Assembly: GCA_025449905.1 (NCBI GenBank)
Contig: JANWIN010000008.1
Location: forward strand, 4,642-68,641
Length of the DNA: 64,000 nt
Reading direction: 5' to 3'
Origin: Candidatus Saccharimonadales bacterium
GTDB taxonomy: Bacteria > Patescibacteriota > Saccharimonadia > Saccharimonadales > JANWIN01
The stretch's first letter is position 1, and the number at the start of each line of letters is the position of its first letter. Below the pieces are notes generated by a model. The model searched no databases. It was not told the DNA's origin and saw only the letters and a list, made by a program, of their open reading frames with translations. The translations under genes were made by a program, and so were the position numbers. Shown here piece by piece: positions 38,592 to 47,037 of this stretch.

Positions 38592-39761
38592 ATGAGTGAA
38601 GTTAATCTAACAATTTTTGATACAACCTTGCGTGATGGAGCACAATCGTTGCCTGAGCAAAATCAGTTTCCGAAAGGAACAAAGGCTGATATTGCCGGTG
38701 AAATAGCTGCTTTGGGCATAGGTGTCATAGAAGCAGGATTCCCTAGAACAGTTGGCGATGCAGACGAAGTACGTATGGTGTCTAAGCTAGTGGGTAACAA
38801 TGAATATGCTATTTCTGAATGGCGCAATAACCACGCTGTTGGCAAGGTAGGCGCTACCCCAACTATTGCGGGGCTTTGCCGAACAACCCGCAGGGACATT
38901 GATGTGGCCTGGGAGGCTGTACAGGATGCTATATTCCCGCGAATTCACACATTCGTGTCGACAGATAGAGAGCACATGGCAGCAAAATTTCCGGGCAAAA
39001 CACCAGAAGAAGTACACCTAATGGGTCGAGATGCAGTTATGCACGCCAAATCATTGATGATTGACAGGCCCCAAGCAACAGTGGAATTTTCGGCAGAGGC
39101 GGCTAGTACCACAGAAGAAAAATACTTAGAAGGAGTAATGAAGTCAGCTGTTGATGAAGGAGCTGATGTAATTAATGTACCCGACACCGTTGGCCAGCGT
39201 AATCCATTCTGGATGCGTGATTTCTATAGTCGAGTAATTGATTGGGTAGTAAGGGCAAATCCTGATGTAACAATTTCAGCTCATAACCACAACGATCTAG
39301 CTATGGCAACTGCCAATAGTTTTAGCTTGGTTAGTGCAGCTGCCGAATACGCCAAAATACAAGCTAAGCCAATAAATATTCAAATAGAAACTACTATTTC
39401 TGGTCTGGGTGAACGAGCTGGGAATGCTGATGTCTTCTCAGTTGCAGCCAGTATTTTTAAATTTGCCGAAGATCTCCCAGTTGATATTTATTGGCGTTTT
39501 AACCCTGAAAGATCTGTAAAAACCGCCAATCGCGTACTAAGTATGGCTGGTATCGAGGTCCACAGGCAAGCTCCGGTTGTTGGCCGAGATACGCTAGTAC
39601 ACCGTTCTGGAATTCATAGTGATGGTGTCATAAAAGGGGGTCATCGTATATACACCCCCCATGACCCAACCTTCTGGGGCCAAGGCGCCGATGCTATACA
39701 CGAAGAAGGTAGGTATCAGGGTAAGAGTGGACGAGCAGCCATTGCCCGAACATCCCAATAG
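38592..39761 (+). CDS. leuA: 2-isopropylmalate synthase, short form lacking the C-terminal regulatory domain
   Basis: FDTTLRDGAQ, IEAGFP, PDTVG, HNHNDL, GLGERAGNA, HxSGIHxDG. Confidence 0.85.
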   Translation: MSEVNLTIFDTTLRDGAQSLPEQNQFPKGTKADIAGEIAALGIGVIEAGFPRTVGDADEVRMVSKLVGNNEYAISEWRNNHAVGKVGATPTIAGLCRTTRRDIDVAWEAVQDAIFPRIHTFVSTDREHMAAKFPGKTPEEVHLMGRDAVMHAKSLMIDRPQATVEFSAEAASTTEEKYLEGVMKSAVDEGADVINVPDTVGQRNPFWMRDFYSRVIDWVVRANPDVTISAHNHNDLAMATANSFSLVSAAAEYAKIQAKPINIQIETTISGLGERAGNADVFSVAASIFKFAEDLPVDIYWRFNPERSVKTANRVLSMAGIEVHRQAPVVGRDTLVHRSGIHSDGVIKGGHRIYTPHDPTFWGQGADAIHEEGRYQGKSGRAAIARTSQ

Positions 39762-39797
39762 CTTGACATACCCCTATAGATATTTAAAATACTATCT

Positions 39798-39842
39798 ATG
39801 GCTCAAACAACAATTATTAAAATTATTCGAGATTCCGTCTAG
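39798..39842 (+). CDS. Ile/Thr attenuator leader peptide
   Basis: MAQTTIIKIIRDSV*; TTGACA-16-TAAAAT promoter at 39763-39790. Confidence 0.7.
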   Translation: MAQTTIIKIIRDSV

Positions 39843-39867
39843 CGCGGTAGAGCTTTTATTTGTCAAC

Positions 39868-39893
39868 AAACAGCTCCGCGCAGGGGCTGTTTT
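39868..39893 (+). terminator. Attenuator terminator
   Basis: AAACAGCTCC-GCGCA-GGGGCTGTTTT; antiterminator CGCGG(TA)GAGCT at 39843-39854. Confidence 0.7.
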
Positions 39894-39909
39894 AAATATG
39901 AGGAGGACG

Positions 39910-40137
39910 ATGGAAGGTCAAATAAGCGAACCTGTTTCTAGCCAAGAACCAATAGTAGACCCTGAAGTCTATAGGCTACTTGAAATTGGTGAAAAACTTA
40001 AAGCCTTTGGCCTATTAAGTCGAGAGATAAGACTTGAGCTTATACACGGTGCGCCTTGTGGCGAACAATGGAGTGTCAGGCTAATGCGCTGGTACCCGAA
40101 ACCAACGGTTGACGAAACATCTGAATCTAATCTATAA
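39910..40137 (+). CDS. Orphan 75-aa protein downstream of the Ile/Thr attenuator
   Basis: AGGAGG SD at 39901-39906; no motif recognised. Confidence 0.6.
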   Translation: MEGQISEPVSSQEPIVDPEVYRLLEIGEKLKAFGLLSREIRLELIHGAPCGEQWSVRLMRWYPKPTVDETSESNL

Positions 40138-40145
40138 TATACTGG

Positions 40146-40193
40146 TTACCAGAGACAGTGGCGGCGAAAGCTTAATTATGCCACCGAGGTAGA
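40146..40193 (+). promoter_or_regulatory. L10 ribosomal protein leader
   Basis: GAGACAGTGGC..TTAA..GCCACCGAGGTA pattern upstream of rplJ. Confidence 0.8.
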
Positions 40194-40250
40194 AACAACT
40201 TTTCTATGTCTTTGGTATGCGCCAAAGATTTTTTAATTTTAAGAGGTAAG

Positions 40251-40781
40251 ATGGCTTTAACGAAAGAAAAAAAGCAAGAAATTATCGAGCAGGTTGCGAG
40301 CTATCTCGATAATACTAAGATGACTGTAATGGCTCACTATGATGGTGTATCGGTTCAGGCTATGCAGGATCTGCGTCGTCAAATTAAAGATTCAGGGACT
40401 AGCGTAAGGGTCATCAAGAATAACCTGTTTGTCAAAGCCCTGGATAAAAACGACAAATTTAAGGACATTGAACGCAAAGTCATTGAAGGACAGCTGTTGT
40501 TTGCCTTTAATCCTGATGACGAGGTTGCTCCGGCTCAAGCCCTGGCCGGTTTTGCTAAAAGTGGTCAAAAAGTTGACTTTGTCGGTGCTATTACAGAAGA
40601 GGGCCAATTTGTTGAGGCTGAAGACGTCAAGTCAATGGCCAACCTACCGTCCAAAGAGCAACTGCGCGGCCAATTGGTTGGCCTATTTAGTTCACCGCTC
40701 AGCGGTTTGGTAAGTGTCTTAAACGGTAATGCCCGAGGTGTTTTGCAGGTACTGCAAGCTCGCGCTGAATCGATAAGCTAA
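40251..40781 (+). CDS. rplJ: 50S ribosomal protein L10
   Basis: VIKNNL, LPSKEQL; precedes rplL. Confidence 0.95.
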   Translation: MALTKEKKQEIIEQVASYLDNTKMTVMAHYDGVSVQAMQDLRRQIKDSGTSVRVIKNNLFVKALDKNDKFKDIERKVIEGQLLFAFNPDDEVAPAQALAGFAKSGQKVDFVGAITEEGQFVEAEDVKSMANLPSKEQLRGQLVGLFSSPLSGLVSVLNGNARGVLQVLQARAESIS

Positions 40782-40808
40782 TAATTTGTTAATAAGAAAG
40801 GAAATAAT

Positions 40809-41342
40809 ATGGCTGATGAAGACGTAAAGCAAGAAGAGAAAAAAGAAGAGAAGCCGGTTGAAGAGCAAGCACCTGCTGAAAACGCACCAAAAGAGGAAGT
40901 TAAAGTAGAGGAACCCAAAGAAGAGACTAAGAAAGAGAAGAAATCTGACGCGAAAGTCCCTAAAGAGTTTGAAAAACTGGTCAGTGAGCTTGATAAGATG
41001 TCAGCCTTAGACATCAGTAAGTTCGTGAAGTTACTAGAAGAGCACTGGGGCGTGAGCGCCGCTGCACCGGCTGCAGCCGTTGCTGCCGCACCGGCTGGTG
41101 GTGGTGAAGAAAGTGCCGCAGCTGAGGAAAAAGCCGAGTTTGACGTTAACCTGAAAGACGCTGGCGCTCAAAAAGTAGCCGTAATTAAGGCTGTTAAAGA
41201 AGTGACTGGTCTTGGTCTGGGTGAAGCTAAAGCTTTAGTAGACGGTGCGCCTAAGGTCGTTTTGGAAAAAGCTAAGAAAGAAGACGCTGACAATGCCAAG
41301 AAACTACTTGAAGAAGCCGGCGCAACTGTAGAGCTATCGTAA
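40809..41342 (+). CDS. rplL: 50S ribosomal protein L7/L12 with K/E-rich N-terminal extension
   Basis: [30 protein letters not shown]. Confidence 0.97.
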   Translation: MADEDVKQEEKKEEKPVEEQAPAENAPKEEVKVEEPKEETKKEKKSDAKVPKEFEKLVSELDKMSALDISKFVKLLEEHWGVSAAAPAAAVAAAPAGGGEESAAAEEKAEFDVNLKDAGAQKVAVIKAVKEVTGLGLGEAKALVDGAPKVVLEKAKKEDADNAKKLLEEAGATVELS

Positions 41343-41363
41343 ACTGCTTAAAAAGTAAACTTT

Positions 41364-41372
41364 TTATCCACA
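41364..41372 (+). promoter_or_regulatory. Consensus DnaA box just upstream of a -35 element
   Basis: TTATCCACA, then TTGACG at 41384. Confidence 0.45.
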
Positions 41373-41448
41373 GGTCTTTTGACTTGACGGTGTAAAAATG
41401 GTAATTTTACTGTTGAGTGTCCGTAAACAAACACTTTAGAGGTACCTC

Positions 41449-41958
41449 ATGACCGACGTAGCAGATAAGCAGATTAAGAGACTGCGGAGCCTATTGCAAG
41501 AAGCCGAAACCAGTTTGGGAGCGGCTAAAGAGTTATTGGTGAGCCTGGTTGGCGATGACGCTGAAGCTACTGCTTTGGCTAAAGATGAATCCTTGGGCAA
41601 GGTTATTGAAGGTGTATTTGATGGTCAAAATATGGTTGGCTCTGATGGTAAAACTTATCCGGTACCGGCCAACTACGCATCTAAGTCAAAATTAGTCCAA
41701 GGTGATATCTTAAAGCTAACTATTGCCGACGACGGTGCTTTTATGTATAAGCAAATTGGTCCTATCGCCCGAAAACAGGTCGTCGGCGTACTGGAGTTAA
41801 AGGATGGCCATTACTTTGTAAACGTCGGCAAGAAGCAATATAGAATTTTGCTAGCCAGTGTGACTTACTTCAAGGCTAAGCCAGGGGATCAAGTTAGCGT
41901 AAACATCCCAGAAGATGACGAAAATGCCGAGTGGGCTGCGCTCGAAGCCGCATTATAA
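41449..41958 (+). CDS. Conserved-looking hypothetical protein after rplL
   Basis: Coiled-coil N-terminus; IEGVFDGQNM..YPVPANYASKSKLV. Confidence 0.8.
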   Translation: MTDVADKQIKRLRSLLQEAETSLGAAKELLVSLVGDDAEATALAKDESLGKVIEGVFDGQNMVGSDGKTYPVPANYASKSKLVQGDILKLTIADDGAFMYKQIGPIARKQVVGVLELKDGHYFVNVGKKQYRILLASVTYFKAKPGDQVSVNIPEDDENAEWAALEAAL

Positions 41959-42211
41959 ATTACGAGTTTCAAAAAAGTTTTTAATTACTTTGAGTGCACT
42001 TATAGTCGTTTTCTTAGCTGGGCACTTTATTCCAATTGAAAGTATAGCGAGACCAGACTGGTGCGCTTATGATAATTTTAAAGGAAGATACTACAAAGTC
42101 TTGGGACAAGAGTCTGAATTCGACAACTGGCAAGGCGGGGTCACTCTCGCTATCGGTTGTGGCGTTGATCTTGATAATTCCACTAAGTCTGCCAAATTAT
42201 ATCTCTGGTAA
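41915..42211 (+). CDS. Small membrane-anchored hypothetical protein (start uncertain)
   Basis: TM segment FLITLSALIVVFLAG; two Cys. Confidence 0.4.
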   Translation: MTKMPSGLRSKPHYKLRVSKKFLITLSALIVVFLAGHFIPIESIARPDWCAYDNFKGRYYKVLGQESEFDNWQGGVTLAIGCGVDLDNSTKSAKLYLW

Positions 42212-42258
42212 TTTCTACAATCTAATTTCAAATATCATTCGTCTATAATTGATAGGGC

Positions 42259-43665
42259 ATGAGTCAGGCTTTATACCGTAAATATCGATCTAAGAAGTTT
42301 AGCGAGGTTGTTGGACAGCAGCATATCACTCGGACACTAAGTAATGCTATTAAAAGTGGGCGAGTTAACCATGCCTATTTATTTACCGGTCCGCGTGGCG
42401 TTGGCAAGACTAGTGTGGCGCGTATTTTAGCTCACGAAGTTAACAATATTAAGTATGACGAAACCAAAACGTATCTCGACATCATTGAAATTGACGCCGC
42501 AAGTAATCGACGTATTGACGAGATACGTGACCTGCGCGAAAAAGTCCATATTGCCCCAACTTCTGCCAAATATAAGGTCTACATTATTGACGAAGTCCAC
42601 ATGCTTACTAAAGAAGCTTTTAACGCACTCCTTAAAACCCTGGAAGAACCACCGGGCCACGTTATTTTTATTCTGGCCACAACCGAAGCCCATAAACTGC
42701 CAGAGACCATTGTCAGCCGCACCCAGCGCTTTAGTTTTAAGCCAATTAGTAAAAGCGACGCAATAAAGCATCTCAAAGAGATTGCTAAAACAGAAGGTGT
42801 AAAGATCGATGATGAAGCTGTTGAACTACTAGCCAGCCACGGAGCAGGGAGTTTTCGTGACAGTATTAGCCTACTCGACCAAGTCAGTACCGGCGGTGAT
42901 GTAAAAGTTGACGATGTAAGAAAAATGCTAGGGATTGCACCAGCTGAGGCGATTGAGGCAATAGGCACAACTGTAGATTCTGGCACCCCAGAGCAGCTAC
43001 TTGGTAAATTAGAAGAGATTCGCCTCAAAGGCTATCATCCGCCAACAATCGCCAAGCAGTTAAGCGCTTATTATAGAAGCAGGCTTATTAATGACCAAGC
43101 CGATAGACAAGAAGTTATTAGTCTTCTAAAAAAACTCTTAGCCGTACCGGCTAGCCAAGACCCAGACCAGTTACTGGAGCTGATTTTACTGGATAAATTA
43201 CTGCAATCCGCACTAACAGCCACTCCAGTAGAAAAAACACCGGAAAACAATGTCAAAATCGAACCTGACAAGCCGACGGCCGAGGTAAAACCAGAACCAG
43301 TAAAAGCCAGCCGTAAGAGTGAAAGTGCTTGGGATAAAATTCTGGAGGCTCTAAAAGACCAACATAATACGCTATACAGCACATTGCGTATGGCTAAGGC
43401 TGAATTCAGCGGCAAGCAAGTGCTGAAGCTGACATTTAATTTTGCTTTTCATAAAAAACGTCTAGATGAAGCCAAAAACCTCGAAATATTAGCGGCTACC
43501 GCTAAACAAATTGTGGGTAAGCCGGTTAAAATTATTACTGTTGTAGAAACCGGTGGCATCCCTTTGAAGTCATCTGATAAACCGACTGTGGACGGTACTG
43601 TGGAGAACGGCGAACTACAAACCATTAGCAATATATTCGGCGATGCTGAAGTGCTAGACTCCTAA
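42259..43665 (+). CDS. dnaX: DNA polymerase III gamma/tau subunit
   Basis: ALYRKYR, GPRGVGKT, EIDAASN, IIDEVHML, NALLKTLEEPP. Confidence 0.97.
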   Translation: MSQALYRKYRSKKFSEVVGQQHITRTLSNAIKSGRVNHAYLFTGPRGVGKTSVARILAHEVNNIKYDETKTYLDIIEIDAASNRRIDEIRDLREKVHIAPTSAKYKVYIIDEVHMLTKEAFNALLKTLEEPPGHVIFILATTEAHKLPETIVSRTQRFSFKPISKSDAIKHLKEIAKTEGVKIDDEAVELLASHGAGSFRDSISLLDQVSTGGDVKVDDVRKMLGIAPAEAIEAIGTTVDSGTPEQLLGKLEEIRLKGYHPPTIAKQLSAYYRSRLINDQADRQEVISLLKKLLAVPASQDPDQLLELILLDKLLQSALTATPVEKTPENNVKIEPDKPTAEVKPEPVKASRKSESAWDKILEALKDQHNTLYSTLRMAKAEFSGKQVLKLTFNFAFHKKRLDEAKNLEILAATAKQIVGKPVKIITVVETGGIPLKSSDKPTVDGTVENGELQTISNIFGDAEVLDS

Positions 43666-43695
43666 GACAACTACCGCGTTTATTAAGAGGGGGAA

Positions 43696-45051
43696 ATGGA
43701 CAGCGACGACGCCAAGTTACCACCACAAAACACCGACGCCGAAGCCAGTTTATTGGGAGCTTTACTAATTGACAGTGACGCTATAGTTAAAATAGCCGAT
43801 GCTATTACCGTAAAAGATTTTTACGATGAAAAGCACCAGCGAATTTATGAGGCCGTAAACACTCTTTATGAAAAGCATAGTCCAGTTGATGTATTAACCC
43901 TATCTAACCATTTAAAAGACAGCGGCAATTTGGATTTTGTCGGTGGTTCGGCTTATTTAACAGAACTGACTAACTATGTACCGACAGCTGCTCATGTTGA
44001 GCGTTATGCTGACATTGTTGCTCAAAAAGCCTTAAGACGCCGATTAATCGCTGCTTCCCAGGATATAACTAATTTAAGTTACGACGAAGGCAGAAACTTA
44101 GATGAGCTAATCGAAAATGCCGAAAGCCGTTTATTTGAAATCAGCCAAAAGCATGTTGGCCAAGATGTCACTAGTCTAGAGACCGTCCTGAGCGAAAGTT
44201 TTGACCGACTTGACGAACTTCATAAAGACAAAGGTAAAATCCGAGGTATTCCAACAGGCTATAAAGATTTGGATAACGTTCTGGCCGGTTTGCAGCGTTC
44301 TGACTTGGTTGTTTTAGCAGCTCGACCATCAATGGGTAAAACCGCCTTAGCTCTTAATATTGCCCATAACGTCGCGCTGGGAGCAGACCAGCCGGTGCTA
44401 ATTTTTAGCCTGGAGATGAGCAAGGAACAGCTGGTTGACCGCATGCTAGCTATGGAGTCTGGAGTTGATGCTTGGGCGCTCCGCACCGGAAATCTAACCG
44501 ATGCTGACTTTGAAAAAATTAGCCAAGCCATGGGCGCCTTAGGTGAAGCAAAAATATACATTGATGATACGCCAAGTATTACTGTTAGTGAGCTACGGAC
44601 TAAAGCTCGCCGCGAGGCTCATATCCGCGAACTTGGTTTGATAGTGGTTGATTATCTGCAGCTCATGAGTGGTGGCCGTTATGGCGGCGACGGTAACCGC
44701 GTACAGGAAATATCTGAGATCTCGCGCGGCCTGAAAGGTATAGCCCGCGAGCTAAATGTGCCGGTGCTGGCACTAAGTCAACTTAGTCGTTCGGTTGAAA
44801 ACCGTCCAGATCGAATCCCACAATTAGCCGACCTACGTGAATCTGGCTCAATCGAGCAAGATGCCGACGTGGTAGCATTTATCTATAGAGACGACTACTA
44901 TAAGCCGGACACTGACCGTAAAAATGTCGCCGATATCCTAATAAAGAAACAGCGTAACGGTCCAACTGGTGCAGTCGAGCTTTACTTTGACAAAGAGAAG
45001 CAACGCTTTAGGAGCTTAGAAACCAAGCAAGCTTCGCCATTCCCAGAGTAG
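43696..45051 (+). CDS. dnaB: Replicative DNA helicase
   Basis: ARPSMGKT, FSLEM, DYLQL, LSQLSR, LRESGSIEQDAD. Confidence 0.99.
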   Translation: MDSDDAKLPPQNTDAEASLLGALLIDSDAIVKIADAITVKDFYDEKHQRIYEAVNTLYEKHSPVDVLTLSNHLKDSGNLDFVGGSAYLTELTNYVPTAAHVERYADIVAQKALRRRLIAASQDITNLSYDEGRNLDELIENAESRLFEISQKHVGQDVTSLETVLSESFDRLDELHKDKGKIRGIPTGYKDLDNVLAGLQRSDLVVLAARPSMGKTALALNIAHNVALGADQPVLIFSLEMSKEQLVDRMLAMESGVDAWALRTGNLTDADFEKISQAMGALGEAKIYIDDTPSITVSELRTKARREAHIRELGLIVVDYLQLMSGGRYGGDGNRVQEISEISRGLKGIARELNVPVLALSQLSRSVENRPDRIPQLADLRESGSIEQDADVVAFIYRDDYYKPDTDRKNVADILIKKQRNGPTGAVELYFDKEKQRFRSLETKQASPFPE

Positions 45052-45063
45052 ACATCTTACCCG

Positions 45064-45152
45064 TTAAGGAAAAAGAGCAGCCCAAGACAAATGTATTCCA
45101 TTTTGCAGGCTTTGGTGAGAAAAACGTAGTTTTGTCTTATAAGGCGAAGCCG
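45064..45152 (+). repeat. Dispersed ~90-bp structured repeat (family B)
   Basis: TTAAGGAAAAAGAGCAGCCC..TTTGGTGAGAAAAACGTAGTTTTGTCTTATAAGGC. Confidence 0.9.
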
Positions 45153-45179
45153 GCAAAATGCTATACTTAAATTCGTTAA

Positions 45180-46370
45180 ATGGTTAAAGAAATACGTTTG
45201 AAGCTTGGTGGTTCTTGGCAACCAATTATAGGTTATTTTGCTGGTATTGCTGCAGTTATGAGTTTGCTAATTTTCAAGCTTGGGTCAATTGTCCCTGGCC
45301 TAAGCCCTTACGAAGCATCTTCACTGGCTAACACCTCGGATGTTCACCATATTCTTAATAATCCGGTTAACGCCCCTTTTAATCTTATGCAGTGGCTTTT
45401 GCATTACTTTAGCTGGACCACCCCCGCACAGGTTCGTGGTGTGAGTGTATTCTTTGCTTTTATCGCCGCCGGGCTATTCTATTATGTATTAAAAAATTGG
45501 CACACTTGGCGAATCGCAGTACTAGGCACTGCCTTGTTCGCTAGTTCAGCCTGGTTTTTTCATATTGCCCGCCAGAGTACGCCAGATGTCTTGTTGATAT
45601 TCGCCATCATTGCAGTTCTAGCTTATGGCACTTGGCTAAAGCTGACTAAGCGTGTCAGCTGGGCTTTGTTTGTTGGCGCATTATTGCTTAGCATTCTTGT
45701 TTACGTCCCGGGAGTTATCTGGATCTTGGCTGCTGGTTTAGTTTGGCAACGAAAATTGTTGCTTGCCCTTTTTAAACGAGCTAATTGGTTGAGTAAAATC
45801 TTATCAATTTTTATATGTTTTTTAGCCTTATCAGCCCTAGGCTGGGCAATATTTAGGCAACCCTCGGTTGCCCGGTCAATAGCAGGCCTACCCCTAAACG
45901 GCATTTTTAGCCCCAGAGATAGCCTTGTGAATCTGGCTAAAATTCCAGTTCGGATTTTCTACCGTGGACCTAGCGATCCAACGTTTTGGCTCGGGACTTT
46001 GCCGCTGCTAGGAATTTTTGCTACGGTCACCAGCATCATTGGCGCCTATGCCTATTGGCTGGGGCGTAAACTCGACAGGACCAAAGTCTTAATTGGGCTT
46101 TTTATAATGACCACGGTTTTATCAGCACTTAGCGGCCTGATTAGCCTGGCTCTACTTTTACCGTTGATGTATTTACTAGTAATAAGAGGGGTTACGCTAC
46201 TACTGCAACAATGGCTAACTGTCTTTCCCAGGAACCCATTGGCCCGTGGGGTAGGCCGCGGCTTAATCACCGTGGTTATTATTCTGGCGACATTCTATAA
46301 CATTAATCATTATTTTGTGGCTTGGCCAAACGCACCAGAGACTAAAGCCGCCTTTACCATTCAACAATAA
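45180..46370 (+). CDS. Multi-pass membrane protein, possibly a GT-C glycosyltransferase
   Basis: About ten hydrophobic segments; GT-C assignment is by general architecture only. Confidence 0.6.
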   Translation: MVKEIRLKLGGSWQPIIGYFAGIAAVMSLLIFKLGSIVPGLSPYEASSLANTSDVHHILNNPVNAPFNLMQWLLHYFSWTTPAQVRGVSVFFAFIAAGLFYYVLKNWHTWRIAVLGTALFASSAWFFHIARQSTPDVLLIFAIIAVLAYGTWLKLTKRVSWALFVGALLLSILVYVPGVIWILAAGLVWQRKLLLALFKRANWLSKILSIFICFLALSALGWAIFRQPSVARSIAGLPLNGIFSPRDSLVNLAKIPVRIFYRGPSDPTFWLGTLPLLGIFATVTSIIGAYAYWLGRKLDRTKVLIGLFIMTTVLSALSGLISLALLLPLMYLLVIRGVTLLLQQWLTVFPRNPLARGVGRGLITVVIILATFYNINHYFVAWPNAPETKAAFTIQQ

Positions 46371-46398
46371 AGCTCATTTGCTACAATAAAGAGGTACA

Positions 46399-46566
46399 CA
46401 CGCCTTCCGCACTTGGATGCAGTGCAAGTAAGAAACAAGCAACAGAGTGAGCTGTATATATTAATACTGTGAGCGAGTAGCGGAGTTTCTGAAATGGCAA
46501 TGCGCCAAGAACACTAGCGGGTTGACAGCTTTGCTGTCAAACAGGCTGTGTGGTGCGAAAGGAGTG
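46399..46566 (+). repeat. ~170-bp palindromic element (family A), copy 2, in the ybaB 5' UTR
   Basis: Terminal IR CACGCCTTCCGCAC/GTGCGAAAGGAGTG; shared blocks with 20373-20543. Confidence 0.7.
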
Positions 46567-46568
46567 AA

Positions 46569-46862
46569 ATGAGTAAGTTTGATCAGGCGAAGATGCTAAT
46601 GAAGGTTAAGAAGCTGCAAAAAGAACTGCAGAAAGAGACAATTACAGTTCAAGCCGGCGACGGTGCAGTAAAAGTAGAGATTACCGGCGAACAAAAAATA
46701 AAGAAAGTTAATATAGATCCGGAAAGTGTTGACTTAGACGATATCGGACAATTAGAGCGTTGGATAGAGGACGCTGTTAAAGAAGCCATCAACCAAAGCC
46801 AAAAGCTGGCGGCCGCAAAAATGCAGCCGGTGATGGGTTCATTAGGGGATTTAGGGCTTTAA
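46569..46862 (+). CDS. ybaB: YbaB/EbfC nucleoid-associated protein
   Basis: LQKEL..AGDGAVKVEITGEQKI..IDP; upstream of recR. Confidence 0.9.
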   Translation: MSKFDQAKMLMKVKKLQKELQKETITVQAGDGAVKVEITGEQKIKKVNIDPESVDLDDIGQLERWIEDAVKEAINQSQKLAAAKMQPVMGSLGDLGL

Positions 46863-46863
46863 T

Positions 46864-47037
46864 ATGAAAAATTCACATTATAGGCTGTTGTGTACCATAT
46901 CTTTTGTGATTCTGTTTTTTGGGCTGCTAGGACTTAGCGATAATATGCGTGAGCGAACCACAGCTTACATTTTTGTCCTAGTGATCAGTGCGCTAGTTCT
47001 AGGCTACGCATCTGCTAAATATAATCGTAAAAAGTAA
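46864..47037 (+). CDS. 57-aa two-TM orphan between ybaB and recR (not in ORF track)
   Basis: MKNSHYRLLCTISFVILFFGLLG..AYIFVLVISALVLGY..KK*; TAATG overlap with recR. Confidence 0.6.
   Translation: MKNSHYRLLCTISFVILFFGLLGLSDNMRERTTAYIFVLVISALVLGYASAKYNRKK

Noticed and set aside
39661..39909. N-terminal part of the 158-aa ORF 39661-40137
   Set aside because: Overlaps leuA and the attenuator; the AGGAGG SD supports a start at 39910
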